From: a virus
DNA: 64,000 nucleotides
Virus record (IMG/VR): IMGVR_UViG_3300036832_000548
Location: 1 to 64,000 of that record
Direction: 5' to 3' (one strand)
The position numbers were made by a program, and so were the translations under genes. Shown here in pieces: positions 24,469-33,211 of the stretch; position 1 is the stretch's first letter, and every line of letters starts with the position of its first letter. The notes below the pieces were generated by a model, which worked only from the letters and a program-made list of their open reading frames with translations, made no database searches and had not been told where the DNA came from.

Positions 24469-27366
24469 ATGGTAGCTCGCAAACCACAAACCATCGAGGT
24501 CGTCGTTCGCGACGAGGTGACGCGCGCTCTTGAGCGTGCGCGCTCGCATATGCGCCAAGTCGGTGGCGGCAAGGAAACACTGGGCGGCATAACGGGCGCG
24601 ATCAAGGGACTCGAGGGTGGCATCGAGTCAGTCGCACGCGGCATCAGCCGCGAGTTTGGCACGCTGGCCCGCATGGCGGGCGGCAGCTTGCTGGGTGCTG
24701 GTTTTGTCGCTGGCCTCAACAGGACGGCGCAGGCGCTGGGCAATGTGGCGCGGGCCGCAACGCAGCAGCACTATCTCGCTGAACAAATCGGGCTGACGAC
24801 GCAGCAGCTCGCAAATCTCACGGCTCGCGGTCGCGCGTTCGGCTTGGGTGTTGAGCAGACCACGGCTGGCATTTCGAGTCTCTCCAAAAATCTGCGCGAT
24901 CTGAAGATGCTCGGTCAGAACGCGCCCATTTATAAGTCACTCACGGAAGCGGGCGGCGGTAGTGGTCAGCGGTTTGGCGACAAGCTCATAGCAGCGGTCA
25001 GGGGACCTGGCGGCTACGACGCTGGCGTCCATACGTTTATCAAACTGATGTCGGAGACGAACGCTCAGGCGCAGAGCAAGCTCTCTGATATGTTTAATCT
25101 AGGTTCGATTGCGTTCCGCGATCTCGATTCTCTTGGTCTGGGCGATCTTCCAAAGCCGATTGTATTGTCTGATTCGGCAGCGCGCGATCTCACGCGCTCG
25201 ACGGCGCTTGCAGATCAGTCGTGGACAAATATCAAAAACACTGTCGGCGGCGCGTTGATGCCGGCGGTCGAACAGTTGGCGCGAACGCTTGACGCATTCC
25301 TGCAAGGACCTGGCGCAGGAATGCTCAAACAGTTTACAGACTGGGTTTCCAAGATCAACATCCCATGGGGAGCAATCGGCACCGCGCTGGCGAGTGCAGC
25401 CGGAATATTAAGCATGGCCTTCATCTGGGTGAAGAAGGCAATCGTGGAGGTCACTCCGATAGTCGATAAAATCGGCGGCTGGGGACCGCTTCTGCTCACG
25501 GCGGGTGCCGTGATCCAATACGGCAACGTCAACAAGGTCACGCTGAGCTTGTATGTCATCGGCGGTGCGTTGACCGTCATTGGCGAGCACGACTGGGTAC
25601 TCAAAGCACTCGCTGACGCCAGCAGATTGGCAATGGGGACGGGCAAACTGTCATCGCAGTTTGGATCGCCCTATTCGAGGAACATCGAGGACCGTCGCGG
25701 GCAGCCGTCCATACAGATGCCGCCGAATGCCAAGGCCATGCGCGGCGGCTACAACCTCATGAGCAGCACCACTGGCTCGAGCGACGACGATGACGATATC
25801 ACCAATGCGTTGAGTAATCAGCTGCAAAGCACCAGCGCGCAAGTCATGCAGCTGGCCAATATCGTGGCAACGCAGGGACTGACTCCCGATCAGCTCGGCG
25901 GCGGGACTGCAGGAGGAGGACAGATCCGCATTCCCAGCGCTGGTGGCGGCGGTGGCGGGTACACGCCGCGCCCGCGAGCTGCACCGCCGCCTTCGACACC
26001 ACGGACAACAACGCCACCGTCGACGCCACCGTCGACGCCGCCAGCACCGCCTCCATCGACGCCGCCAGTAACACCACCAACGCCATCTTCAACACCGTCG
26101 AGGCCATCCTCGACAACGCCTCCAGGGCCGACACCGGGACCAACACAGCCGCCGCCCGGAGGTACTAATAAGGGCGTGTTGCTGTTCGCGCACGGCCTTA
26201 CCGGACGCTATGCGGGGATGCACGGCAGCATCGCGCAAGTCGAAGCAGACGTTAAGCGATACGCGGCAGCGCACGGCTATAGCAGCGTTGAGTTCATTTA
26301 CGGCTCGCCCGCCGAACAAGAACGGCAAATGCTGGATCGGGTTAAGCGCGGAGGCGTCGGCGGCCTTTTGGGCTTTTCGGCTGGCGCTGGTCCTGCGCGA
26401 CGGGTCAGCAATGCGACCGGTGTGCCGGCGGTTACGACCGGAGCACCAAGAGTTCCAGGCGACGTGAGCCCCGCGAAACGTCACATGGACCAAATCCGCG
26501 TGCTGGCGGAACAGGAAGAAAGGAAACGACTACAACAAAATCCGACCGCGCAGCCACAAGTGCCAACCGCGAACCCGCAACAGCCGACCACCGGGCGGTC
26601 GGGATTGGTTTCGCCGGTCACCGGATCATTCGGTGAGAATTCGTCCAACCCATACGGCGCTGCTCGCAAGGGTGGGCGACCGCACTCCGGCGTCGATTGG
26701 CGCGCGGAGAATGGGACGCCAGCGGTTGCGATGATTGGCGGTGTCGTTACGCACGTCGGCTACGATAGAGGCGGTTACGACAACTATGCGGTGGTGAAGG
26801 GTGACGACGGCGTCTATCGTCGATATGCCTATCACGGGCGATCGCTTGTCCACAAAGGACAGCGGGTCGAGCAAAAGCAACCGCTTGGCATCATTGATCG
26901 GCGCCATCTGCATTACGAAGAAATCCACCCGAAATTGGCGAATGGCAAACCGAATCCGGTGTATGCGGAATTTGAGCGGAATGGCAACGCCAGCACCAGC
27001 TATCAACGCGGCACGTCCGATCCGTCGCAGACGCTCAATATGCCATATCGGACCAGGGTCACCGCAGGCGAACCGCTTGGCGGCCAACCTGCAACGGCAC
27101 AGCCTGCGCAAACGTCGCCAATCGTCTATTCGAACGAGGACGAGATCGAGCGGCTCAAATATAAAAAAGAATTGGACGAACAATATCCGCAGGGCGGCTA
27201 TACGCCGATTCCAAAAGGTCGCATCAGCGGCCTTGTCAATCTCCAGATCAATGTGCGCGGGCCGCGCGGCGTGAAAGTATCTGGCGAAGGTGCCGGGGTC
27301 GTAGGGCCTGCGAGCATCGACCGATCCGATCCCAGCGGCGGCATCGAAGGCTTCTCACCGGCATAA
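24469..27366 (+). CDS. Tape-measure-like protein 2 with alpha/beta-hydrolase-like and M23 peptidase domains
   Basis: Paralogous N-terminus; Pro/Thr linker; FAHG..GFSAG; HSGVDW..YAYH..HLHYE. Confidence 0.8.
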   Translation: MVARKPQTIEVVVRDEVTRALERARSHMRQVGGGKETLGGITGAIKGLEGGIESVARGISREFGTLARMAGGSLLGAGFVAGLNRTAQALGNVARAATQQHYLAEQIGLTTQQLANLTARGRAFGLGVEQTTAGISSLSKNLRDLKMLGQNAPIYKSLTEAGGGSGQRFGDKLIAAVRGPGGYDAGVHTFIKLMSETNAQAQSKLSDMFNLGSIAFRDLDSLGLGDLPKPIVLSDSAARDLTRSTALADQSWTNIKNTVGGALMPAVEQLARTLDAFLQGPGAGMLKQFTDWVSKINIPWGAIGTALASAAGILSMAFIWVKKAIVEVTPIVDKIGGWGPLLLTAGAVIQYGNVNKVTLSLYVIGGALTVIGEHDWVLKALADASRLAMGTGKLSSQFGSPYSRNIEDRRGQPSIQMPPNAKAMRGGYNLMSSTTGSSDDDDDITNALSNQLQSTSAQVMQLANIVATQGLTPDQLGGGTAGGGQIRIPSAGGGGGGYTPRPRAAPPPSTPRTTTPPSTPPSTPPAPPPSTPPVTPPTPSSTPSRPSSTTPPGPTPGPTQPPPGGTNKGVLLFAHGLTGRYAGMHGSIAQVEADVKRYAAAHGYSSVEFIYGSPAEQERQMLDRVKRGGVGGLLGFSAGAGPARRVSNATGVPAVTTGAPRVPGDVSPAKRHMDQIRVLAEQEERKRLQQNPTAQPQVPTANPQQPTTGRSGLVSPVTGSFGENSSNPYGAARKGGRPHSGVDWRAENGTPAVAMIGGVVTHVGYDRGGYDNYAVVKGDDGVYRRYAYHGRSLVHKGQRVEQKQPLGIIDRRHLHYEEIHPKLANGKPNPVYAEFERNGNASTSYQRGTSDPSQTLNMPYRTRVTAGEPLGGQPATAQPAQTSPIVYSNEDEIERLKYKKELDEQYPQGGYTPIPKGRISGLVNLQINVRGPRGVKVSGEGAGVVGPASIDRSDPSGGIEGFSPA

Positions 27367-27369
27367 AAA

Positions 27370-29883
27370 ATGGCTCAAGGCACCAGATCACCCACCGTCG
27401 AGATCCTCGTCAGGGATGAGGCTACGGTTGCGCTCGAGCGCGAGCGCGCACGCATCCGAGCGGCTGCGGCCAATCATGAGCTATTTACTGGACTCGAGTC
27501 AGCCTTCAAAGGATTCGAAGGCGCAATCCAGTCGCTGGCGCGGACGGTCAATCGTGAATTTAGAACGATATTGGGACTAACCGGCGCGGGCGGCTTTCTC
27601 GGAGCTGGCCTTGTCCTCGCCATCGACAAGACGGCACAAGCCGTCAGCGGCCTCGCGCGTTCCGCTGAGGAGAACAGATATCTAGCCGACACGCTTGGCG
27701 TGACCACCGCGCAGCTCAACAACTTGGTTGCGCGCGGTCAGGCGCTCGGCATGAGCACGGAGCAAAGCAGATCAGGCATCGAGAGCCTGCTCCGCGCGAT
27801 GCGCGATCTAAGACTGATGGGGCAGGATGCGCCGGTCTATAAGGCGCTGGTGGAGGCTGGCGGGGCGAGCGGCCAACGTGTTGGTGATCAGCTCATCGCT
27901 ATGGTGAAGGGACCGGGCGGCTACGAGGCAGGCATCCGTCAATTTGCCAAACTGCAATCGGGGATGAACCTCGATGCCCAGCGTAAATTGTCGGAAATTT
28001 TCGGCACAAGTTCACTTGCATTCCGCGATCTCTATACCGTCAAGAATATCCCTTCGATTATCGATCTTGCTGGTCCACAGGCGCGCCGTCTCAGCATCGC
28101 GATGGCGAGTCTGAATGTCTCGTTCGATAATTTGAAGACCACGCTTGCTGGCGCGGTGATGCCAGCGTTCGAAGGATTATCGCAAACACTCGACAAGTTC
28201 TTGCAGGGTCCTGGCAAGAAGATCGTTCAGCAATTCGCGGATTGGCTGTCAACGCTCAATATCCCGTGGGACAGAATCGCCAAAGGCTTGGTGGGCGCGG
28301 TCGAGGCGCTGCGAGACATTTTTGCATGGGGCAAGAAAACCGCAGAGGATCTCGAGCCGATCATCGGGAAACCCAAATTGTGGGGACCCGTATTGAAAAA
28401 GATGGCTGATCTGGTCATTCCCGGATTCGTCAATCATCTGCTGACTTTTGCCAAGGCATTGATGGCCGTTGGCCAGCATGCGGATGTGATCGCGAAGATA
28501 ACCGCAGCCGTCCGCGGCGGCGAAGCTCCCGCGCCGCCAACTGCGAAGCCATCAGCATCACCGTTGCTGCCCATGCCGACGCCGCAACAACTGCGTGGCA
28601 CTGGCCGCACGCAAGGCCAGAGTCCGTCAGCGCCGCGAGCGATGGGCCTGCTATCGACTGGTGGTGGTTATACTCCCGGTGGAGGCGAGGACCCGCAAGA
28701 TACCGATCAACTGAGCGAACAGGTACACGCGACATCGCGGCAAGTGTTGCAGCTCGCGAACTACATATCTTCGCAGGCTCTCACCACGGACGTGAGCGGT
28801 GCGGGCGGATTGGCTGGGCTGGCTGGACAAATCCGCACGGGCAGAGTTGGCCGCGCTGGCACAACAATCGGCGGCGGTGGTGGAGGCACGCGCGGCGGTG
28901 GTGGTGGCCGACGCGGCGGTGGTGGAGACAGTGGCATCCCTGACACCGGGACAAACGCAACCGGCACCACGAAAGGCGTCACGTCAGAAGGCATGGCACT
29001 GCTTGACACCATCGCGACTTGGGAAGCGGAGCCAGCTTTCAAAAACGGTCAGCGCGCTGGCTGGAATACAATGATTGGCAACGTCCGCTTCGATCCGAAT
29101 ACGGACGAGCACCCTAAAAGAGCCTATCCGTGGCTGCGCGGTTATGTTGGGGGGGCTGGTGTTTCCTATGCGTCTGGTCGCTATCAGGAAACGATCAACA
29201 CCTATTATGAGAACGTCGCGCGCAGCAAGCGATTGCACCCCGGCATGAAGGTTTCGGGCTGGTCGCCAGAGGCCCAGAACATTCGCAACTGGGACAAGGC
29301 ACAAGATATTTACGCGCGCCGTTATAGAAATCTCGGCATTCCAAGTCTGACCGGCAACTTGCAAAAAGATTTGGAAGCCAACAAAAACAACCCAGCAATG
29401 ATTGGAAGGATGGCGCGGGCACTTAGTGGTGAATGGACGACGGCCCCTGGTGGACACGAACGCTCAAAACAAACGGGCAAGAGCGAGAGCCAATATTCAA
29501 CGCAATATCTAAAAATGCTCGCGAGGACATCGCAAGATCCCGCGCTGGCCAATCAAAGCGATCCTGCCTCGCCGTCCTCATCGTCAGCATCGTCATCGCC
29601 AACAGCGCCGACATCGCCGCCTGCGCCAACGTCACCAATTGTCTGGTCGAACCTGGACGAGATCGCGCGTCTTGAGCGGGAAGCACGGGAGGCGGCAAGC
29701 CTACCAGCTGGCGGGTTCACCCCAATTCCGCGGCAAGGCGGCTCGAGCAGGATCAATCTGAACGTCAACGTGCGCGGGCGCAGTGCAAGGGTGTCGTCGG
29801 AAAGCAGCGGCGACATGGGATCGGCAACGATCAGCCGGGACAAAGACCCAAGCGGCGGCATCGAAGGCTTCTCACCGGGATAA
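27370..29883 (+). CDS. Tape-measure-like protein 3 with lambda-lysozyme-like domain
   Basis: Paralogous N-terminus; ALLDTIATWE..ASGRYQ..TY..WSPEAQ..LSGEWTTAPG. Confidence 0.8.
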   Translation: MAQGTRSPTVEILVRDEATVALERERARIRAAAANHELFTGLESAFKGFEGAIQSLARTVNREFRTILGLTGAGGFLGAGLVLAIDKTAQAVSGLARSAEENRYLADTLGVTTAQLNNLVARGQALGMSTEQSRSGIESLLRAMRDLRLMGQDAPVYKALVEAGGASGQRVGDQLIAMVKGPGGYEAGIRQFAKLQSGMNLDAQRKLSEIFGTSSLAFRDLYTVKNIPSIIDLAGPQARRLSIAMASLNVSFDNLKTTLAGAVMPAFEGLSQTLDKFLQGPGKKIVQQFADWLSTLNIPWDRIAKGLVGAVEALRDIFAWGKKTAEDLEPIIGKPKLWGPVLKKMADLVIPGFVNHLLTFAKALMAVGQHADVIAKITAAVRGGEAPAPPTAKPSASPLLPMPTPQQLRGTGRTQGQSPSAPRAMGLLSTGGGYTPGGGEDPQDTDQLSEQVHATSRQVLQLANYISSQALTTDVSGAGGLAGLAGQIRTGRVGRAGTTIGGGGGGTRGGGGGRRGGGGDSGIPDTGTNATGTTKGVTSEGMALLDTIATWEAEPAFKNGQRAGWNTMIGNVRFDPNTDEHPKRAYPWLRGYVGGAGVSYASGRYQETINTYYENVARSKRLHPGMKVSGWSPEAQNIRNWDKAQDIYARRYRNLGIPSLTGNLQKDLEANKNNPAMIGRMARALSGEWTTAPGGHERSKQTGKSESQYSTQYLKMLARTSQDPALANQSDPASPSSSSASSSPTAPTSPPAPTSPIVWSNLDEIARLEREAREAASLPAGGFTPIPRQGGSSRINLNVNVRGRSARVSSESSGDMGSATISRDKDPSGGIEGFSPG

Positions 29884-29900
29884 ATTGAGGCTCGACTAAC

Positions 29901-30455
29901 TTGGCTTCCATACGTGATAATCATAACGTCTGGCGCGACAATCTGGTGCCCGCCTCGTTTCGCGGCGCGGTCTTTCATGTGGAGACGAGCGCGCGATCGA
30001 GCGGACGCAGGACAGTCGTCCATGAGTATCCGAAACGGAATAACCCCTATGCCGAGGACATGGGCCGCAGCGCGATCCGCTGGCAGATCACGGGCTATTT
30101 GATCCTGCGCGACAAGGGCATTCGTGGCAACCTGCTCAGCCAGATTGGAGACATGATCAACGCGCTCGAGGCGGACGGCCCTGGCGTTTTGATTCATCCG
30201 ACGCTGGGCGAGATGCTGGTCCAGTGCGAGAGATATTCGTACAGCGACAAGCGCACGGCCGGCGGTTACATCGAGTGGGATATGCAGTTCGTGGAGGCGG
30301 GATCTGGGATATTGACTGCAGTGATCAATACTGCAGCCATGCTGGTCATGACCTCGACCGCAGCTGAGACAAGCGCAGCGACGGCAATCAAAAGCGATAC
30401 AGCTCCGCTGCAGAGCACGATCAAACCTCAACCCAGCCAAACCGTAGCGGCATGA
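29901..30455 (+). CDS. Mu gpN-like DNA circularisation protein, N-terminal part
   Basis: WRDNLVPASFRGAVF, GRRTVVHEYP, YAEDMGR, GVLIHPTLG, FVEAG. Confidence 0.9.
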   Translation: MASIRDNHNVWRDNLVPASFRGAVFHVETSARSSGRRTVVHEYPKRNNPYAEDMGRSAIRWQITGYLILRDKGIRGNLLSQIGDMINALEADGPGVLIHPTLGEMLVQCERYSYSDKRTAGGYIEWDMQFVEAGSGILTAVINTAAMLVMTSTAAETSAATAIKSDTAPLQSTIKPQPSQTVAA

Positions 30456-31123
30456 GCACGCCATCTGAACTAGCTGAAATCAACGGCATCGTTAGTCGGA
30501 TAACTGCGAATTTGATGCGGTTTAACGGCATGCGCGGTCAGACCGGTTCTGCGTTGCGTCAAGCCTGCGGCGATCTTAATGCACGCACCAGCACCTATGT
30601 GGTTGATGGAACATTCGCCAATCGCTTGTTGAACTGCTTTCTCCTCGCAACCGTGGCCGGCATTAGTCTTGATTGGATGGACCAGGTCGTTGCTGGACTT
30701 ATTGCTGAACAGCCGACCACTCTGATGTCGACCAGTGTCGTACAGAATGCGTTGATCATGGCTATCGCGCAGGAAGGGCGGATCATTGCAGCGACAGTCT
30801 ATGTCAGTCGCGATGATGTCGATGCGACCATGCAACGGATGAATAATTGGTTCGAAACCATCAAGGACATCATCGCGGATACCATGAGCGGTCCAGGCTA
30901 CGAGGCATTCATCACGCTTACGGGATCGATCACCCGGCATCTGACAGACAGCGCGCGACCGTTGCCGCGGATACTACGCTATCAGATGCCCATGGTGATG
31001 CCGGGGTTGTTGGCCAGCCAATACATCTACGGCGACGGGAGCCGGGATGAAGAACTGGCGGCAGAAAACAAGGTCGTCCATCCCCTGTTCATGCCACTGG
31101 CATTGCGGGCCTTGAGCGCGTGA
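30452..31123 (+). CDS. Mu gpN-like protein, C-terminal part
   Basis: LPRILRY..MPGLLASQYIYGDGSRDEELAAENKVVHPLFMP. Confidence 0.8.
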   Translation: MSTPSELAEINGIVSRITANLMRFNGMRGQTGSALRQACGDLNARTSTYVVDGTFANRLLNCFLLATVAGISLDWMDQVVAGLIAEQPTTLMSTSVVQNALIMAIAQEGRIIAATVYVSRDDVDATMQRMNNWFETIKDIIADTMSGPGYEAFITLTGSITRHLTDSARPLPRILRYQMPMVMPGLLASQYIYGDGSRDEELAAENKVVHPLFMPLALRALSA

Positions 31124-31130
31124 GGCAATC

Positions 31131-32279
31131 GTGCCGTTCAGAGCTTCAGAAATCGCAGTCATTACTGTCGGTGGCATGGATTTCAAGGATTGGGAAAATG
31201 TCACGGTCAAGATGGTGGAAGGAGAATCGAACCACAGTTTCAAGCTGTCGGTGTCGGAAGGAGCCCCGCTGACCAAAGATTTTGGGAGTCTGAAGATCAA
31301 GCCAGGGGATCATTGTACGATCACGCTGGGCGGTGAGCTGGCCATTTCTGGATACGTCGAGACGCGGCAAGTCGGCTACAACGCAACACAGCATGGCATT
31401 CAGATCATTGGGCACAGCTACAATAAGGCGGCGGCTGATGGCTCCGTCATGCACAAGACGATGGAGTTCAAGAACCAATCGCTGCAACAAATCGGGACGC
31501 AACTCCTGAAACCGTTCGGCATCCAGTTTGTCCCTAAGACGGCAATGCCTACCAAGCAATTTCCACGGGTGAACGTGGCGCCAGGTATGAGTGCGTGGCA
31601 TCAACTCGATATCCTTGCGCGCCAGCGGCAGGTGACCCTAGGGACTGACAAGCAAGGCAACGTGACAGGACGGACGTTTTTTCAGGGCGGCGGCGATGCG
31701 CTGGTCGAGGGCGTAAATATTCTTGATGGTCAAGAGGTCATGACCATGAACATGGGCGACGGGCCGCTCAATGAGAAAAGTCAGACACCCGGCAGCAATT
31801 TCAATTTTGGGCGCGAGGCCGCAGGCCCAACGTCAAAAACCGATAGCCGACCACTGGGTGAGTCTGGGAAGGGCGTATATGCGCCGCAGGTTGGATTGAC
31901 TGAGCATCACGGCGACAAGGACGACACCAAGGCGCGCGGCAATATGGAACAACAACGCCGCGGCCAAGAGCAGTTGCAAGTGACCATAGTGGTGCAGGGG
32001 TGGATGAGACCGTCAGGCGGCCTTTGGGAGCCGGGGACGAAGGTCATGGTGCAATCGCCCATGCTGTTGGTTAGTGAATCGCTCAAGCTCATGTCAGCGA
32101 CATTTACGCAAGACAACAAGTCAGGGACGCGCACGACGCTGGAGCTCACGCGCGAAACCGGCAGCGAACAGGACGCCAAGGACGGGAAGGCACCTTACAA
32201 CATGGATCCGAAAACCCCTGGCGGCGTGGACGATCCAAGCGATCCGTCCGGGGGCCGACCGGGATTCTCGCCGGGATAA
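31131..32279 (+). CDS. Baseplate hub (Mu gp44-like)
   Basis: IKPGDHCTITLGGELAISGYV, LVEGVNIL, VQGW..GGLWEPG, GTRTTLEL. Confidence 0.88.
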   Translation: MPFRASEIAVITVGGMDFKDWENVTVKMVEGESNHSFKLSVSEGAPLTKDFGSLKIKPGDHCTITLGGELAISGYVETRQVGYNATQHGIQIIGHSYNKAAADGSVMHKTMEFKNQSLQQIGTQLLKPFGIQFVPKTAMPTKQFPRVNVAPGMSAWHQLDILARQRQVTLGTDKQGNVTGRTFFQGGGDALVEGVNILDGQEVMTMNMGDGPLNEKSQTPGSNFNFGREAAGPTSKTDSRPLGESGKGVYAPQVGLTEHHGDKDDTKARGNMEQQRRGQEQLQVTIVVQGWMRPSGGLWEPGTKVMVQSPMLLVSESLKLMSATFTQDNKSGTRTTLELTRETGSEQDAKDGKAPYNMDPKTPGGVDDPSDPSGGRPGFSPG

Positions 32280-32295
32280 TGGGAGACATCGACCG

Positions 32296-33207
32296 ATGGT
32301 GATGCGAAGCAACAGCGGCGACTCGGCTAACCGCATTCAAACTCATGCGTCCCGTGCGACTTTGCGCGAACTCGATTCGAGTCCGTTTTGGAGTGAGACA
32401 AAAGAACTCGATGTGATGGACAGCGAGACACATACCGGCGTCGAATTCGCTGAGAATTATGGGGGGACTTGTGTGCCGGCGAAACAGGACCAAGACGATC
32501 AGCAGCAACAACAAGGCCAACAGGACACTGGGGGTGGCAGCAGCGGTCCCGGAGGCGGCGGCGCTGGCTCGCAGGGCGAGGAAGGCCAACAGCCGCAGGG
32601 CGATGCCGCTGAGGCCATCGTGCTCTATCTCAATGGCTCGCGCAGCCATCCGGTCATCATATCGATGGGCGATCGGCGTCATCGCCTGATCGGATTAGAG
32701 GAAGGCGATGTTGCCAATCATCGGCTCCAGAGCGACCGGCAGCAATTTCTTCTGTCAAGCGACGGCACCTATCTATCGACGCGCGATGACAAGGTAATGC
32801 GGATCGCGCTGGTGCCGTCAGCGGATACTGGCACGCCGAAACCGCAACAGCCATCTGCGACACAAACAGCGGCGAGCGGAGGCAGCAGCGGCAGCTCGAG
32901 CAGCGGTGCAGGTCAGCAGAACCAACAAAAAAAGTACGGCCAGAAATCAGCCAAGAGCGACAACCAGAGTTCAAAGATCAGCATTCAACAAACAAAGGAC
33001 GCGACGACCGTTCAGCAAAACAGTGCATATTCACAGCAGGGGTCGGATCACAGCACGGTTTATTACGGAGACAAAACCAAGTCAGCGCAGGCGACCACCG
33101 ACCACGCGCATTTGCGCACGGGCGGCAATCGCATATTCACCGACAGCGGTGGGTGCTGGTCGACGGTGCCGATCCAGCAAAAGAAGGATGGCTACTGCAA
33201 AGAATAA
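32296..33207 (+). CDS. Baseplate spike (Mu gp45-like)
   Basis: E...GVEFAENYG, AEAIVLYLNGSRSHPVII..DRRHR..LEEGDVA; Gln/Gly/Ser-rich insertions. Confidence 0.8.
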   Translation: MVMRSNSGDSANRIQTHASRATLRELDSSPFWSETKELDVMDSETHTGVEFAENYGGTCVPAKQDQDDQQQQQGQQDTGGGSSGPGGGGAGSQGEEGQQPQGDAAEAIVLYLNGSRSHPVIISMGDRRHRLIGLEEGDVANHRLQSDRQQFLLSSDGTYLSTRDDKVMRIALVPSADTGTPKPQQPSATQTAASGGSSGSSSSGAGQQNQQKKYGQKSAKSDNQSSKISIQQTKDATTVQQNSAYSQQGSDHSTVYYGDKTKSAQATTDHAHLRTGGNRIFTDSGGCWSTVPIQQKKDGYCKE

Positions 33208-33211
33208 TCCC

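Noticed and set aside
22285-29883. One giant tape-measure gene broken by nonsense mutations or a recoded stop
   Set aside because: Each part restarts with a homologous N-terminus and ATG, and TAA terminates many other genes normally
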